Source of the DNA: a virus
IMG/VR virus record: IMGVR_UViG_3300025141_000036
Span: 48,402 to 112,401 of that record
DNA: 64,000 nucleotides
Direction: 5' to 3' (one strand)
The position numbers were made by a program, and so were the translations under genes. The notes beneath the pieces were generated by a model, which was not told where the DNA came from, made no database searches, and saw nothing but the letters and a program-made list of their open reading frames with translations. This document shows, piece after piece, positions 48,114 to 56,486 of this stretch. How positions within the stretch are numbered: position 1 is the stretch's first letter; every line of letters starts with the position of its first letter.

Positions 48114-48470
48114 CTAATCCATCGCATATCTCGCTTTCAAATCGCCAACGATGGTGTTGGTTACTCTCCAATCGGGGTGAGAAGTGAGAAGTTCGATGGT
48201 AGGCATGAGAAAAATAGGTTTGTTTTTTATTTTCCTCACGACTGCTAGGGCATTCTTGTAGTTTGGGAAGATTGCCAGTTGACCACCTGTCAAAAGGTGG
48301 GTTACAACATACTTTTTACTGTATCGTGTTCTCTCTCCCGATTGTTTCTCCAAGTATTCATCAAGAGCACGATGAATAATGAAGGGGAAAATGTGTTCGG
48401 CTGGCATGGTGGCAGATATGCTCTTTCCTGTTCGTGAAGTTATAGTGATTGTTTGTCTTGTAAGGCTCAT
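48114..48470 (-). CDS. Hypothetical protein
   Basis: 118 aa, SD AGGAG. Confidence 0.65.
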   Translation of the reverse strand: MSLTRQTITITSRTGKSISATMPAEHIFPFIIHRALDEYLEKQSGERTRYSKKYVVTHLLTGGQLAIFPNYKNALAVVRKIKNKPIFLMPTIELLTSHPDWRVTNTIVGDLKARYAMD

Positions 48471-48519
48471 AAAGGCTCCTTAAAGGCTCTTGAAGAGATT
48501 GGAAGGTAGAGGATAGGGC

Positions 48520-48537
48520 GAGGCTCTTACGAGCCTC
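48520..48537 (-). other. RNA hairpin GAGGCTC-GTAA-GAGCCTC after vWA gene
   Basis: 7-bp perfect stem with GNRA loop; no U-tract. Confidence 0.5.
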
Positions 48538-48547
48538 TAACGACCCT

Positions 48548-49792
48548 TTAACGGTCGATTGCTATCACTCTCTCGTTTGTCGTGAAGTAAGGACGATCGG
48601 CACACTCTGGTGTTGTCATCCACATTCTCTGACACTTCGATGGTTTCGGCTTTGGGGCTTCCATATCGGTGAGAATGATGTGACCGTCGAACTGACGTTC
48701 ATTGACCCACTTGGTGGGAGCATTGAAGCAAGTTCCACCGCAAGAGACACGCTCGAAAGTTCGTCGCTTGCCCTTTTTCCAGACATAGACCTCGCTTTCA
48801 GCAACCTGAGTATCGAAGGGAACCACCGTGAACTCGGCATACTTGGCAAGTCCATTCAGTTCAGCAAAGAAAGAGGCTAGCATTGCATCAGAGACAGACC
48901 CCGACTGATCGATGCTTATCGCAATCTTAGCAGTGCGGTTGATCCGCTTTCCAGAATGAATGTAAGGGAAACGCTTGTTTATCCTCCGAGGTGTCGAGCG
49001 TTTGTTGGCTCTTTGAGAAGTCTTGATGAAGTAACGAAGAACAGACCGCCAGTTAACCTTTGGAGTTACCATGTCTTGGATCTTCTTTCGCATCCCTTGG
49101 GATACAGTGCCCCAGCCTCGACCACCTGAGTTTACCTCCTCAGTAGCCTTGCGGATAGCATCCTTCAAGCGTTCTTCAGCCATTGCCTTGGTTTCAGCGT
49201 CAACCTCACCCCAGCCGCTGTGGTCATCGAGGCTGTCAGGAAGGGGTTTGCCCTTGCCGTTACCTTGACCATCGCCAGATTGAGGCTCTCCATCACCTTC
49301 ACCACCTTCACCGTCTTGACCTTCGCCCTCGCCACCTTCGGGGGGCTTGAACTGTTCATCATTCTGGAGTTTGGAGAAGTACCATTCAGCAGACTTTTCC
49401 AAAGGATAGTCTTGAAATGGTTCTTGTGTCGGGATACAGCCACCTTCGGGCAACTTACCAACAAGGAAGGAGTTGATTGCAAGGTCTGTGGCTACATTCC
49501 ACATCTTGCTCATACCTTCGGGAGGAAGCCGACCAGTGACATGTTCAAAGATGAGGTGGTAGAACTCATGCATAAGAACACCAAGCCGCTGTTCCTCTGA
49601 GAGGTCAGCAAAGAAGTCAGGATTGTAGAGCATGACAAACTGCGCAGTCTCTTTGTCAATCATGACACCAGCAGTGGGGATAGCCTTGCTTTCCACCTTG
49701 TGAATACGACGAGACAGCCCAGCAAAGAACGGCTCAGATTGAAGCAACTTGAAAGTGTGCTTGTTCAAATCAAATGGGGGTTTGGTAGTCAT
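48548..49792 (-). CDS. Metallopeptidase-like (HExxH) + vWA-like protein (DUF2201 type)
   Basis: IPTAGV, HEFYH, LDDHSGW, IDQSGSV, GGT, ILTD. Confidence 0.85.
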   Translation of the reverse strand: MTTKPPFDLNKHTFKLLQSEPFFAGLSRRIHKVESKAIPTAGVMIDKETAQFVMLYNPDFFADLSEEQRLGVLMHEFYHLIFEHVTGRLPPEGMSKMWNVATDLAINSFLVGKLPEGGCIPTQEPFQDYPLEKSAEWYFSKLQNDEQFKPPEGGEGEGQDGEGGEGDGEPQSGDGQGNGKGKPLPDSLDDHSGWGEVDAETKAMAEERLKDAIRKATEEVNSGGRGWGTVSQGMRKKIQDMVTPKVNWRSVLRYFIKTSQRANKRSTPRRINKRFPYIHSGKRINRTAKIAISIDQSGSVSDAMLASFFAELNGLAKYAEFTVVPFDTQVAESEVYVWKKGKRRTFERVSCGGTCFNAPTKWVNERQFDGHIILTDMEAPKPKPSKCQRMWMTTPECADRPYFTTNERVIAIDR

Positions 49793-49822
49793 AAAGACCT
49801 CCAGAGTTTTGGGTTATATATA

Positions 49823-49851
49823 CTACTATCGGGTTGAGGGGGAGTTGTCAA
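49823..49851 (-). promoter_or_regulatory. Class-17 promoter
   Basis: TTGACA-N17-TAGTAG + TATAACCC leader. Confidence 0.6.
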
Positions 49852-49890
49852 GGAGAAACTAAAAAAACCTTGACAACCCCGTCAGGACGG

Positions 49891-50955
49891 TTAGTCCTTC
49901 TTTGCACCGAGTATCTCGATCATGTAATCACGAACCGAGGTTCCACCAGTGAGTTGCACAGAGTGGACACCAGAAGCATTGTGCCGCTGTTCAGCACCCG
50001 AAGCAATCACAGTCCAGAAGGACATTCCGATTTCCGAAGGAAGAGTGACCATATACTCAGCAACATTTTTCAGTTGCTTCTTGGTCAACTTGCTATCGAA
50101 GCACTTAGACTGCTTGAACTTCTCTATAAGAGCGTTGTGATCGTTGATCTTGAACTCTTTGGTAAGTTTCAACTTACCTTCATCTAAGATGTTCTCGACG
50201 GTTACAATCTTCTTGTAGTTTGCAACGAAGTCATTGAAAGCCACCGCACCTTCAAAGCCAATGAAGGATGAGGCAAGGTGATAAAGAACGGGACTTTGCT
50301 TAAGCTCCCCATTCATCGACAACAGAGCGTCAGAAAGGCGAACCCAAGAGCGTCGAGAAGGATAAACCTTGTTAGGCTCATACTCGTCTTTGTGCTCCAA
50401 GTGCTGGTGGTTCTGGTTGATGAAGTCCCAAACTTGAGAGATCACGTTTCCATCTGCCCATTCGAGCCAATCTTCGACAGTTGGGGCAACATCAAAGACA
50501 GTGTAACGGTCGAGTTCCGCAGGATCCATTTCCCCGACTTGGTACTGAGCACCGTGCTCTCCACCATTTACACAGGCAAAGATGAGGGTGTCGGGGTGGA
50601 GGGTGTAACCCGCGATCTTCCGACTGTCGCACAACTCGAAGATGCCTTGGCGAACTTCCATTGTCGCACGGTCAACTTCATCGAGGAAGAGGATAACAGG
50701 CTTGTTACAAGCCGTGTGAAGCCATTCTGGAGCCAACCACTGAGTGACATTGTTCTCTACCTTCGGTAAGCCGAGAAGGTCACCTTCGGTCATTTGAGAG
50801 GCACGACGTTCAATAACGTCAATCCCACGGGCTTCAGCGATTTGATAGACGATAGCAGATTTCCCGATACCATGCCGCCCTCGAATGAGGACAGGGAACT
50901 TAGCGTCAAGAATGAAAGGAAGGACTGAGTTAAGAGTTTTGAAGTCAATAGCCAT
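49891..50955 (-). CDS. MoxR-like AAA+ ATPase
   Basis: GRHGIGKS, LFLDEVDR, DPAELDRY, PSRRSW. Confidence 0.88.
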   Translation of the reverse strand: MAIDFKTLNSVLPFILDAKFPVLIRGRHGIGKSAIVYQIAEARGIDVIERRASQMTEGDLLGLPKVENNVTQWLAPEWLHTACNKPVILFLDEVDRATMEVRQGIFELCDSRKIAGYTLHPDTLIFACVNGGEHGAQYQVGEMDPAELDRYTVFDVAPTVEDWLEWADGNVISQVWDFINQNHQHLEHKDEYEPNKVYPSRRSWVRLSDALLSMNGELKQSPVLYHLASSFIGFEGAVAFNDFVANYKKIVTVENILDEGKLKLTKEFKINDHNALIEKFKQSKCFDSKLTKKQLKNVAEYMVTLPSEIGMSFWTVIASGAEQRHNASGVHSVQLTGGTSVRDYMIEILGAKKD

Positions 50956-51050
50956 GATAGGCTCCTACTAGAGGTGTTCTCGAAAGAACGGGTTATATAA
51001 TAAATAGTGATTGAAAAGTGAAAGAGGGTCTGTTTCTCTTTCATACTAAT

Positions 51051-51093
51051 AATGTAACCTTCTGCCATAAAAAAGCAAGGTCAAAAAATGTCC
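51051..51093 (-). promoter_or_regulatory. Class-16 promoter with abutting palindrome
   Basis: GGACA-N5-TGACC|TTGCTT-N16-TACATT. Confidence 0.75.
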
Positions 51094-51097
51094 GTTT

Positions 51098-51307
51098 TTA
51101 TTTTGTTTCGACAATCTCGTAAATGTCGGGGTTAACAGTATGTAAATCTCCATCTTGATTTTCAATGATGGGGAACTTCTGTTCTTTTGTTGCCAAGAAG
51201 TCAACTACCTTTCCTCCAAGACTTTGAAAACCTTTGCTTCCTGTCGCTTGTTGGGGGTATCCCGATATGGGTTTGATGAAATCGCCTATTTTGAATGTGC
51301 TGCTCAT
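51098..51307 (-). CDS. SH3-like small protein
   Basis: FKIGDFIK...GKVV...YEIV. Confidence 0.65.
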   Translation of the reverse strand: MSSTFKIGDFIKPISGYPQQATGSKGFQSLGGKVVDFLATKEQKFPIIENQDGDLHTVNPDIYEIVETK

Positions 51308-51337
51308 TGGAGCCTCCATTTGTTTGGGTTATACTGT

Positions 51338-51380
51338 ATTCTATCCGATTGAGTGAAAAAAGCAAGGACATTAAATGTCC
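51338..51380 (-). promoter_or_regulatory. Class-16 promoter with abutting palindrome
   Basis: GGACA-N5-TGTCC|TTGCTT-N16-TAGAAT. Confidence 0.75.
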
Positions 51381-51589
51381 GTTTTTATCTTGCCTCGACA
51401 GGCTCGTTTGTTTTGCTTCTTTTTTTTATTACTGGTGACGGTGTGAAGCCCACCGCGCCATTCGTGAAGGCTACCGCCCTCTTCAAAGTGCAACTTGCGT
51501 TCGACCCCTCTTATTCGAGCGAGTTCTTCAAGTTGTTTGTTCCGCCTTCGGATTTGAGCGCGGCTTACTGGTTGTTTCTGATTTGACAT
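51371..51589 (-). CDS. Small basic hypothetical protein
   Basis: R/K-rich 72 aa. Confidence 0.6.
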   Translation of the reverse strand: MSNQKQPVSRAQIRRRNKQLEELARIRGVERKLHFEEGGSLHEWRGGLHTVTSNKKKKQNKRACRGKIKTDI

Positions 51590-51759
51590 GGGATTATTCC
51601 TTTTTATAGGGTGAGCAAGGGGAGCGGCATCTATATTGCATAGTGACCTCCAAGGGTTAAGCGTTGATGATGCCCATAAGAGCGAACATTGACATAAGGA
51701 ATGAGAGATAAAGGGTAATCAACAGCATGTTGACCTCCATTGTTTTGGGTTATATAGAA

Positions 51760-51788
51760 TACTTATCGGGTTGGATAAGATTTGTCAA
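51760..51788 (-). promoter_or_regulatory. Class-17 promoter
   Basis: TTGACA-N17-TAAGTA + leader. Confidence 0.65.
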
Positions 51789-51797
51789 GAAAAAAGT

Positions 51798-51980
51798 TTA
51801 TTTATTTTTTATCTCCCAGACTTTCTCGTCAAGGTCTGCGGGTTCTACTTGCCAATCACTTGCGATTGCGTTTCTGAAAGTTAGTCCGAACCTTTCAAGG
51901 TATTCATCTTTCAGTTTCATAAAGGATTGAGCGGCATTTTCGACACGCTCAGCATAGGTGAATAGTTCAGTAATAGGCAT
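51798..51980 (-). CDS. Hypothetical protein
   Basis: SD GGGAG, promoter 52013-52041 (TTGACA-N17-TAGATT). Confidence 0.6.
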   Translation of the reverse strand: MPITELFTYAERVENAAQSFMKLKDEYLERFGLTFRNAIASDWQVEPADLDEKVWEIKNK

Positions 51981-52055
51981 TTTGAAACTCCCTGTTTCTT
52001 GGTTATATAAGTAATCTATTGTGCTGGAAAGGTTTTGTCAAGAAAATAAATGATT

Positions 52056-52259
52056 TTAATTGGCATCGTCCAGCTTGCCTGACATTTCGAGTAGTGCCAA
52101 GATTGCAATCCAGATGGTATCGGTTTCTTCTTCGCTTAATCCTTCGCACTCTTCGAGGGTTTTCTGAATAAGATTACAATAGATCAGACCATCCGCAAGA
52201 TGGTCGATGTTTTCCTTTGCTCGCTCAAACGGGGTCATATTCACCTCTTTTTCGTGCAT
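52056..52259 (-). CDS. Hypothetical protein
   Basis: 67-aa ORF. Confidence 0.55.
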   Translation of the reverse strand: MHEKEVNMTPFERAKENIDHLADGLIYCNLIQKTLEECEGLSEEETDTIWIAILALLEMSGKLDDAN

Positions 52260-52509
52260 TATACACCATTGTTTGTAAGATATCTCTTGAAAACTCTTTA
52301 CCCTTAAATGTCCTAAGACCTTTGTGGTTCAGGGCGATTGCCATTTGTCTATAAGTGGCAACTTGCCCATATGAGTTGGCTTTCTTGTGGAAATATTCTA
52401 TCCAGTTAAGTATTTTTAATCTGTGTTGTTTTGCTCTTGTAGCCCGAACTCTAAGGGCTTTGTCAAGTGCTTGAGGGTTGTTTCTAAAATCTCCAATACC
52501 GCTCATCAC
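52225..52509 (-). CDS. Stand-alone 'Recombinase' (PF07508-like) DNA-binding domain protein
   Basis: TYRQMAIALNHKGLRTFKGKEFS resembles IA..LN..G..T..G..W motif. Confidence 0.55.
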   Translation of the reverse strand: MMSGIGDFRNNPQALDKALRVRATRAKQHRLKILNWIEYFHKKANSYGQVATYRQMAIALNHKGLRTFKGKEFSRDILQTMVYNARKRGEYDPV

Positions 52510-52730
52510 TCACCCCCTTTAGGTGGCTTAAAGCCCATAGAAGGACGCTCAGGAGCCTCTGGAGGAGCCTGACGGATAGCCACGGGCATCCCACCTAGGG
52601 TGGGCGGTAGGGTAGCACTAGAGAGGGCTACAACGGTTAAGATTTTGCTCAACAGTTCTTCTGATATGTCGATCGTTAGTTTGATTTGATTGCTCATGAG
52701 AGCCTCCTTATAGTATTTCTTGTCGTTCAA
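52506..52730 (-). CDS. Hypothetical protein
   Basis: ORF with SD; start probably MSNQIK. Confidence 0.55.
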   Translation of the reverse strand: MNDKKYYKEALMSNQIKLTIDISEELLSKILTVVALSSATLPPTLGGMPVAIRQAPPEAPERPSMGFKPPKGGE

Positions 52731-52920
52731 TGTCGAAGTAACCTACATCTTCACTGAATAGGTATTCTTGGAAATCATTAAGATTTAAGCCATGCTCCTC
52801 GTCGAAGAGGTGCTCGAAGTATTCAAAGACGTGTGCCTCTGCCTTTCCTCTTGTGGAGAAAACGAAAACATCGTCCTCTTCTCCGCTGTGCCTGATTTTT
52901 AATGTGTAAACGTGTGTCAT
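52708..52920 (-). CDS. Hypothetical protein
   Basis: 70 aa, SD AGGAG. Confidence 0.6.
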   Translation of the reverse strand: MTHVYTLKIRHSGEEDDVFVFSTRGKAEAHVFEYFEHLFDEEHGLNLNDFQEYLFSEDVGYFDIERQEIL

Positions 52921-52921
52921 A

Positions 52922-53617
52922 TCACTTCTCCTTGTTGTGGTTCTTTCGAGACACCAGTTTGATTTGGTTCTCTCGAAGGGTTACTTCCCCAGAGGGGAAC
53001 ATTATCCTGTAAGTCTTTGTGCCACCTTTGGTTTTGTTGTAGGTAGCCACGGTATCCACGTAGGAGGCTTCGATTTCTGTAATGAAGCCCATTTCCTTGT
53101 CTACTCCCTTTGCTCGGTCATAGTAAGACACCTCGCTTGCTCTGATTTGCACCAGTTCACCAGCGGTGTAGATGGGTGGGTGGTCATAAATCTTCCGAAG
53201 TCTGTCTGCTAACTTCGAGGAAGTCATTGTTTCGCAGTCCGAGAAGCAGGGTGTAGTGCCCCCAACGACAGCCAGCAAAATGCGATTGGCGCATTTTCGT
53301 CTGTTCTGAATATGGTGGATATAGGCGGTCTGTTGAGACTTGTTGAAGAACCGAGCCAAGAACAAGACCCACTCACGGTAAGCGGCATCCTCTCTCCACT
53401 TGCGGTCATGAGCCTTCTCACCCTTTTTCTTCGCCCGAAGTTGCGTGGTGGAGTTGCGCTCTATAAGAACCTTGGCGAAGTCCTCTTGACGAGGGGTTAA
53501 CTTCTTCCATTTCTTGAGGCTCTTGACCAAGTCATTTAGGGTGAGTTCGTCGCGACGATTGCCGAGGACGATTGCTGCTGCGGCAGCATTAATGAGTTCG
53601 CTTCGAGTGATGGTCAT
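52922..53617 (-). CDS. Hypothetical protein with C-terminal SH3-like domain
   Basis: YTAGELVQIR...MGFIT...YRIMF. Confidence 0.7.
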   Translation of the reverse strand: MTITRSELINAAAAAIVLGNRRDELTLNDLVKSLKKWKKLTPRQEDFAKVLIERNSTTQLRAKKKGEKAHDRKWREDAAYREWVLFLARFFNKSQQTAYIHHIQNRRKCANRILLAVVGGTTPCFSDCETMTSSKLADRLRKIYDHPPIYTAGELVQIRASEVSYYDRAKGVDKEMGFITEIEASYVDTVATYNKTKGGTKTYRIMFPSGEVTLRENQIKLVSRKNHNKEK

Positions 53618-53648
53618 TGTGACCTCCATTTGTTTGGGTTATACTATA

Positions 53649-53677
53649 CTCTTATCGGGTTCAACCTATTTTGTCAA
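53649..53677 (-). promoter_or_regulatory. Class-17 promoter
   Basis: TTGACA-N17-TAAGAG + TATAACCCAAACAAATGGAGG. Confidence 0.65.
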
Positions 53678-53688
53678 GAAAATAGTTG

Positions 53689-53910
53689 TTATTTGTCTAT
53701 GACCTCGAACCATCGGGCATACTCTTCCCTCAGTTCTTCTTCGGAATAAAGTAATGTTGTGGAATAGTCCGTACCTTCGGGTCTGTGGCAAGTCCAGAAG
53801 ATACGATAGATGGTTTCATCCAACCCACCTTCTTCTATTCCTACGACTAGCCCAACATCGTTGGTATCCTGCATTGTATCTATGATAAGTTGACCTATTT
53901 CTAGTTTCAT
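53689..53910 (-). CDS. GDLV-type SH3-like small protein
   Basis: MKLEIGQLI...VGLVV...FEVI. Confidence 0.75.
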   Translation of the reverse strand: MKLEIGQLIIDTMQDTNDVGLVVGIEEGGLDETIYRIFWTCHRPEGTDYSTTLLYSEEELREEYARWFEVIDK

Positions 53911-54092
53911 TTTATTCTCCTGAGCCAGACCGAACCGAGTGTATCGACAAAGTTAGGGCTTGGTAAAATTATCCATTGTACCGTAACGGTCGGGGGGTTC
54001 ACCCTATCGCCCGTAGGTGTTCCATAGGTTTTAGTGATAACTCCCAGACTTTCGGGGTGATTAACGTGCTGGATTAAATCTCCTACTTGCAT
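53907..54092 (-). CDS. GDLV SH3-like small protein
   Basis: MQVGDLIQH. Confidence 0.8.
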   Translation of the reverse strand: MQVGDLIQHVNHPESLGVITKTYGTPTGDRVNPPTVTVQWIILPSPNFVDTLGSVWLRRIK

Positions 54093-54253
54093 AATACCTC
54101 CAAGTGGGGCACGGGGTGGTAGGTGCGGTAGCCCTCTGTGAGCCATTCCACCAGAGCCATGCCACCATCAAAACCCACAACTATTCCCAACCATTTGGCT
54201 CTTCTTGCACTTACCCGTTCGGGCAGGTGCTTTACTAAAGTTCCTATTTGCAT
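54083..54253 (-). CDS. GDLV-type SH3-like small protein (not in ORF track)
   Basis: MQIGTLVKH...LGIVV...LEVLCK. Confidence 0.8.
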   Translation of the reverse strand: MQIGTLVKHLPERVSARRAKWLGIVVGFDGGMALVEWLTEGYRTYHPVPHLEVLCK

Positions 54254-54408
54254 AATACCTCCAGCCCTTCGGTTCTTACCCAGCCAGTTGAGTTACTGCC
54301 TAGGGCGAACCAATAGACTTTCACATGGACTTTGGAACCAATGCTAACTTTGGTAATCATCCCCAACAGTTCGTTGGTTGTGCCTTTTACTAAATCACCT
54401 ATTTTCAT
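54244..54408 (-). CDS. GDLV SH3-like small protein (not in ORF track)
   Basis: MKIGDLVKG...LGMI...LEVLCK. Confidence 0.8.
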   Translation of the reverse strand: MKIGDLVKGTTNELLGMITKVSIGSKVHVKVYWFALGSNSTGWVRTEGLEVLCK

Positions 54409-54599
54409 AATGTCCTTCCTTGTTCTGGTGGGTGTATCATCTTTAAGTCATAACTACTGTACCACCCGTTCTGGGTAGTGTCGGGGAAGTGGACTAGATA
54501 AGCACGTTGTCTGTTACTCGCTTCTGGGAAAAACCATCCAAACTCCACAATAATCCCGATGTTATCAAGTCCATCGTCTACTAAATCTCCTATCTGCAT
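54405..54599 (-). CDS. GDLV SH3-like small protein
   Basis: MQIGDLVDD. Confidence 0.8.
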   Translation of the reverse strand: MQIGDLVDDGLDNIGIIVEFGWFFPEASNRQRAYLVHFPDTTQNGWYSSYDLKMIHPPEQGRTL

Positions 54600-54769
54600 A
54601 GAACCTCCAAGCATGTGGGGTTGCACCAGTGGTAGCCGTCAAGTTCCTTATAGCCTGTCCCCGAGAACAGAACTTTATGATTGTGAGCATCGTTCCAGTC
54701 AACTCTTATCTCGACGATAACGCCCAGACCAAGTTGACCTACGAACTTTACTAAGTCTCCTACTTCCAT
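54590..54769 (-). CDS. GDLV SH3-like small protein
   Basis: MEVGDLVKF...TCLEVLCR. Confidence 0.8.
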   Translation of the reverse strand: MEVGDLVKFVGQLGLGVIVEIRVDWNDAHNHKVLFSGTGYKELDGYHWCNPTCLEVLCR

Positions 54770-54945
54770 AGAGCCTCCAAGCATGTGTCGAAATAGTGTC
54801 CTGTGTCTCCATTGTGCCACAGCACCACACAACACAGTTCACCCTTTGGGTGAGCCAAGAAGGTGTCTTGGACTATGCCTATCCTTGGGTCTTGTTTGGG
54901 GTGATTGTCATGTTTTATTCTTCTTACTAAGTCTCCAACATTCAT
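54760..54945 (-). CDS. GDLV SH3-like small protein
   Basis: MNVGDLVRR...TCLEALWK. Confidence 0.8.
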   Translation of the reverse strand: MNVGDLVRRIKHDNHPKQDPRIGIVQDTFLAHPKGELCCVVLWHNGDTGHYFDTCLEALWK

Positions 54946-54975
54946 CGAAGCCTCCATTTGTTTGGGTTATACTGT

Positions 54976-55018
54976 ATTGTAACACTTTGAAGCACTTTGT
55001 CGAGGACAGAAAATGTCC
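54976..55018 (-). promoter_or_regulatory. Class-16 promoter with abutting palindrome
   Basis: GGACA-N5-TGTCC|TCGACA-N16-TACAAT. Confidence 0.75.
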
Positions 55019-55019
55019 G

Positions 55020-55217
55020 TTATCCTACGACCTCCAGCCTGTGGATCTCAAAGGAAACTTCAGCCCCACCGAGAACACCGTTATTCCACAGAACCGTAGC
55101 CATGTCGACCACATCTTCGCCCTGCAACCCTTTGGGATAAATGTCTTGATAAAGACCTATAACTATTCCCATAGCCTTGGGGTTAGTTTTCATAATAACT
55201 AAATCGCCTATCTTCAT
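55020..55217 (-). CDS. GDLV SH3-like small protein
   Basis: MKIGDLVIM...LEVV. Confidence 0.8.
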   Translation of the reverse strand: MKIGDLVIMKTNPKAMGIVIGLYQDIYPKGLQGEDVVDMATVLWNNGVLGGAEVSFEIHRLEVVG

Positions 55218-55372
55218 ATTACCTCCAAGTGATTGAGCCACATCCACATAGGAAGCCCGTTGTCCCACTGAACTTGTGCTTGCAATCGCAAGGAATGGTT
55301 TTCAACTGCTATCACGATACCTATGCCCCAGTGGGGGTTCGGGGGGTTGATGACTAAATCTCCGATTTGCAT
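55214..55372 (-). CDS. GDLV SH3-like small protein
   Basis: MQIGDLVIN...LEVI. Confidence 0.8.
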   Translation of the reverse strand: MQIGDLVINPPNPHWGIGIVIAVENHSLRLQAQVQWDNGLPMWMWLNHLEVI

Positions 55373-55521
55373 AATGCCTCCAAAGCCCAAACGGCAATCC
55401 ATCGAATTGTCCCATCGTTCCACACGACATGAGCCTCATTCGCAACGGGCTTCGCCATTCCTATGATGACACCGACTTGGTGGAACCCATTCTTTGTCTT
55501 TACTAAATCTCCGATTTGCAT
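55354..55521 (-). CDS. GDLV SH3-like small protein (not in ORF track)
   Basis: MQIGDLVKT...VVWNDG...LEALCKSEI. Confidence 0.8.
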   Translation of the reverse strand: MQIGDLVKTKNGFHQVGVIIGMAKPVANEAHVVWNDGTIRWIAVWALEALCKSEI

Positions 55522-55742
55522 ACGACCCCCAACATTCCATCTTCAGCATACTCATGACAACTTTCTCCCCAATAGCAATGCTCCCCGTCTTGTGGGAAGT
55601 CTGCTCTCCATAGGAAGTCTCGCTCATCATCGAACAGCAGGGTCACCATCCCAATGACGGTAGACCGATCACCTTCCAAGTGATACCACCAGACGAGATC
55701 GCCTACTTGTAGGTTGTCCAGTTGTTCTATAATGTCTTTCAT
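55503..55742 (-). CDS. GDLV SH3-like small protein
   Basis: LQVGDLVWW...CKSEI. Confidence 0.8.
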   Translation of the reverse strand: MKDIIEQLDNLQVGDLVWWYHLEGDRSTVIGMVTLLFDDERDFLWRADFPQDGEHCYWGESCHEYAEDGMLGVVCKSEI

Positions 55743-55942
55743 TTCTTACCTCGCATAAACTTGATTTCATACCGAGCCATTGGGACGCGCTTGAGTGTTC
55801 CATCTGGTCTGAACCAGTCTATCATGTAAGGATGCTGAAGCCCTTTTATTTCCATTATCATCCCCCAGTATCCGTAGACCTCTGAGTTTTGCTTGGCTTT
55901 GTTGCCAGCGGCTGACAGTTCTACTAAATCACCTACTTGCAT
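55739..55942 (-). CDS. GDLV SH3-like small protein
   Basis: MQVGDLVELSAAG. Confidence 0.8.
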   Translation of the reverse strand: MQVGDLVELSAAGNKAKQNSEVYGYWGMIMEIKGLQHPYMIDWFRPDGTLKRVPMARYEIKFMRGKK

Positions 55943-56097
55943 AAGACCTCCAAGTGGCGGTTGGTGGACGACACTTCATATCTGAAGCCAACATGGTTGG
56001 TTAGTCCGATAATAACCCACCTGTGATTGTGTGCTTTTTCAACTACAATCCCGAATTCAGTGGTGTCTTTGAATTTTATTAAACTTCCGATTTGCAT
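55933..56097 (-). CDS. GDLV-type SH3-like small protein (not in ORF track)
   Basis: MQIGSLIKF...FGIVV...LEVLCK. Confidence 0.75.
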   Translation of the reverse strand: MQIGSLIKFKDTTEFGIVVEKAHNHRWVIIGLTNHVGFRYEVSSTNRHLEVLCK

Positions 56098-56243
56098 ACT
56101 GCCTCCAGTGATCCATCGTTAAACCAATAGTGTTCCTGCCGCTTGGGGCAATAACAACGAAGCATTTTGTTGTTATCACCAACCTTAACAACAATAAGAA
56201 TATTGCCGCCCTTGTAGTATCTTGCTAAATCTCCAACTTTCAT
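56079..56243 (-). CDS. GDLV SH3-like small protein
   Basis: MKVGDLARY...LEAVCKSEV. Confidence 0.8.
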   Translation of the reverse strand: MKVGDLARYYKGGNILIVVKVGDNNKMLRCYCPKRQEHYWFNDGSLEAVCKSEV

Positions 56244-56410
56244 GATACCACCTTGCACATAAAATAGAGCCATTCACGCTCTTCACCTTCACAAAGAACA
56301 GTGTAAGAGCCTTTCATAGCGTTTAGCCGAAGGCAAACCCCAATGTAATCTTGGGGCTGCTCTCCAGTGTAGTCAGTGTAGTGTATCAGTGATCCAACTT
56401 CATCATTCAT
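56240..56410 (-). CDS. GDLV-type SH3-like small protein
   Basis: EVGSLIHY...IGVC. Confidence 0.7.
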   Translation of the reverse strand: MNDEVGSLIHYTDYTGEQPQDYIGVCLRLNAMKGSYTVLCEGEEREWLYFMCKVVS

Positions 56411-56439
56411 AATGTCTCCATTTGTTTGGGTTATACTAT

Positions 56440-56482
56440 AATGTAACACTTTGGGGCACTTTGTCGAGGACATAAAATGACC
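56440..56482 (-). promoter_or_regulatory. Class-16 promoter with abutting palindrome
   Basis: GGTCA-N5-TGTCC|TCGACA-N16-TACATT. Confidence 0.75.
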
Positions 56483-56486
56483 GCTT

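Larger units (their letters stand above)
53689..56410 (-). repeat. GDLV SH3-like gene cassette array, block 2 (15 genes)
   Basis: Conserved junction repeat at ~160-200 bp period. Confidence 0.9.
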
